A stretch of 64,000 nucleotides of DNA from contig OZ360235.1 in assembly GCA_977017645.1 (NCBI GenBank), positions 75,826,001-75,890,000 of the forward strand, given 5' to 3'. Position numbers and translations under genes: made by a program. This document shows positions 62,264 to 64,000 of this stretch, piece by piece. The notes under the pieces are model-generated. The model ran no database searches. It worked only from the letters and a program-made list of their open reading frames with translations, and was not told the origin of the DNA. This DNA comes from Torpedo marmorata (taxonomy: Eukaryota). Position 1 is the first letter of the stretch. Every line of letters begins with the position of its first letter.

Positions 62264-63117
62264 AAAACCATAGAAAACCTACAGGCCCTTTGGCCCACAA
62301 AGTTGTGCCGAACATGTCCCTACCCTAGAAATTACTAGGCTTACCCATAGCCCTCTATTTTTCTAAGCTCCATGTACCTATCCAAAAGTCTCTTAAAATA
62401 CCCCATCGTATCCACCCACCACTCTCTGCGTAAAAACATCCCTGACATCTCCTCTGTACCTATTCCCCAGCAACCTGTGTTCTCTTGTGGCAACCATTTC
62501 AGCCCTGGGAAAAAGCCTCTGACTATCCACACGATCAATGCCTCTCATCACATTATACTCCTCTATCAGTTCACCTCTCATCCTCCGTCGCTCCAAGGGG
62601 AAAAGGCCGAGTTCACTCAACCTGTTTTCATAAGGCATGCTCCCTAAACCAGGCAACACCCTTTCTATGGCTTCCACACCCTACCGGTAGTGAGGTGACC
62701 AGAACTGAGCACAGTACTCCAAGTGGGGTCTGACCAGGGTCCTACACAGCTGCAACATTACCTCTCGGCTCCTAAATTCAATTCCACGATTAATGAAGGC
62801 CAATACACTGTATGTCTTCTTAACCACGGAATCAAACTGCACAGCTGCTTTGAGCGTGGTATGGACTGGGACCCCAAGATCCCTCTGATCCTCCACACTG
62901 CCAAGAGTCTTACCAGTAATACTATATTCTGCCATCATATTTGACCTACCAAAATGAACCACTTCACACTTATCTGGGTTGAACTCCATCTGCCACTTCT
63001 CAGCCCAGTTTTGCATCCTATCAATGTCCCGCTGTAACTTCTGATAGCCCTCCATAACACCCCCAACCTTTGTGTCATCAGCAAACTTACTAACCCATCC
63101 CTCCACTTCCTCATCAC
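62264..63117 (-). mobile_element. CR1 LINE 3' fragment
   Basis: VSKFADDTKVGG, LVRPHLEYCAQFWSP, FTQRVVG. Confidence 0.88.
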
Positions 63118-63408
63118 TTACAGCACAGAAACAGGCCAGTTCGGCCCTTCTAGTCCATGCCGAACACATTCTCCCACCTAGTCCCACTGACCCGCACCCG
63201 GCCCATAACCCTCCACACCTCTCTCGTCCATATACTTATCCAACTTTTCCTTAAACATTAAAATTGAACCTGCATCTACCACTTCGGCCGGAAGCTTGTT
63301 CCACACTCCCACCACCCTCTGAGTGAAGAAATTCCCCCTCATGTTTCCTCTAAACTTTTCCCCCGTCAATCTCAATCTATGCCCTCTTGTTTGAATCTTC
63401 CCCACTCT
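63118..63408 (-). mobile_element. Second CR1 3' end abutting the previous copy
   Basis: TRGHRLRLTGEKFRGNMRGNFFTQRVVGVWNKLP. Confidence 0.85.
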
Positions 63409-64000
63409 CTTTTTTTTATTATTTTTAAAAAAAATTTAAAAAATATTTTATTTAAAATTTTTAAATCACAAAATACATAAGGTAAAATATAAAATTATCA
63501 AAATACATGTGATACATTTTCACCCTCCCTCCCTCCCACCCCTTCTAATCTACTAAAATAAAAAGAAAGAAAAAAAAAGAGAAAGAAAGAAAAAAATAGA
63601 AAAAGGAGAATGTCAATCTAAAAAAATACATCTATAACTAATTTTATTATGGAGGATAGGTTCACCAGTCAGATCCGATGTCCAGAGATCTTCAAATTCT
63701 TAAACCAACAACCTTCATGTATGGGCTCCATATTTTCAAAAAGAAATGATATTTATTATGTAAATTATAAGTAATTTTTTCAAGTGGTATACATGAACGA
63801 AGTTCTGCATGCCATCTTTCTAACCCTAAATCTACATCAGATTTCCAAGTAATAGCAATACATTTCTTAGATACCGCTAAAGCAATTCGCAGAAATTCTA
63901 TTTGATACATATTTAATTTCATCTTAATACTAACTCTTTTAATATCTCCAAACAGAAATATCATAGGGTCCATTGGGAATGTAATTTTTAATACTTTATC
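63409..64000 (-). mobile_element. L1 3' end running off the window
   Basis: ALAVSKKCIAITWKSD...IPLEKITY...KIWSPY, G-rich 3' UTR, poly(A) seen as a T-run at 63409. Confidence 0.9.

Overview
Eukaryotic vertebrate DNA, most likely a cartilaginous fish (inferred from HE1/V-SINE-like and HER1/CR1-like repeats, abundant Penelope and AT-rich L1). The only host gene is a + strand cadherin-related gene (CDHR3-like; CDHR4 not excluded). Seven internal exons (29197-29362, 39657-39751, 46787-46884, 51392-51496, 52258-52406, 54079-54268, 59433-59598) splice in phase into 969 nt / 323 aa with no stop. The rest is intron filled with transposons. A 23-kb nested stack can be resolved by target-site duplications (TSDs): Tx1 > Gypsy A > L1 > Gypsy B > unknown ~565-bp element > full-length L1, plus Penelope and Rex1 insertions. 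A hAT transposon holds a CsRn1-type Gypsy and an ORF1-only L1. A 6.6-kb C-rich 47-bp minisatellite explains the spurious 2219-aa ORF. Best leads: a Gypsy element with an LTR-complementary, apparently self-priming PBS; hammerhead-ribozyme motifs with a U3 core variant in Penelope repeats, including a hairpin copy with U3:A8; a half-L1 element; and a twin-primed L1 inversion. I found no evidence of a wholly new multi-gene system. All calls are by eye, without database searches.
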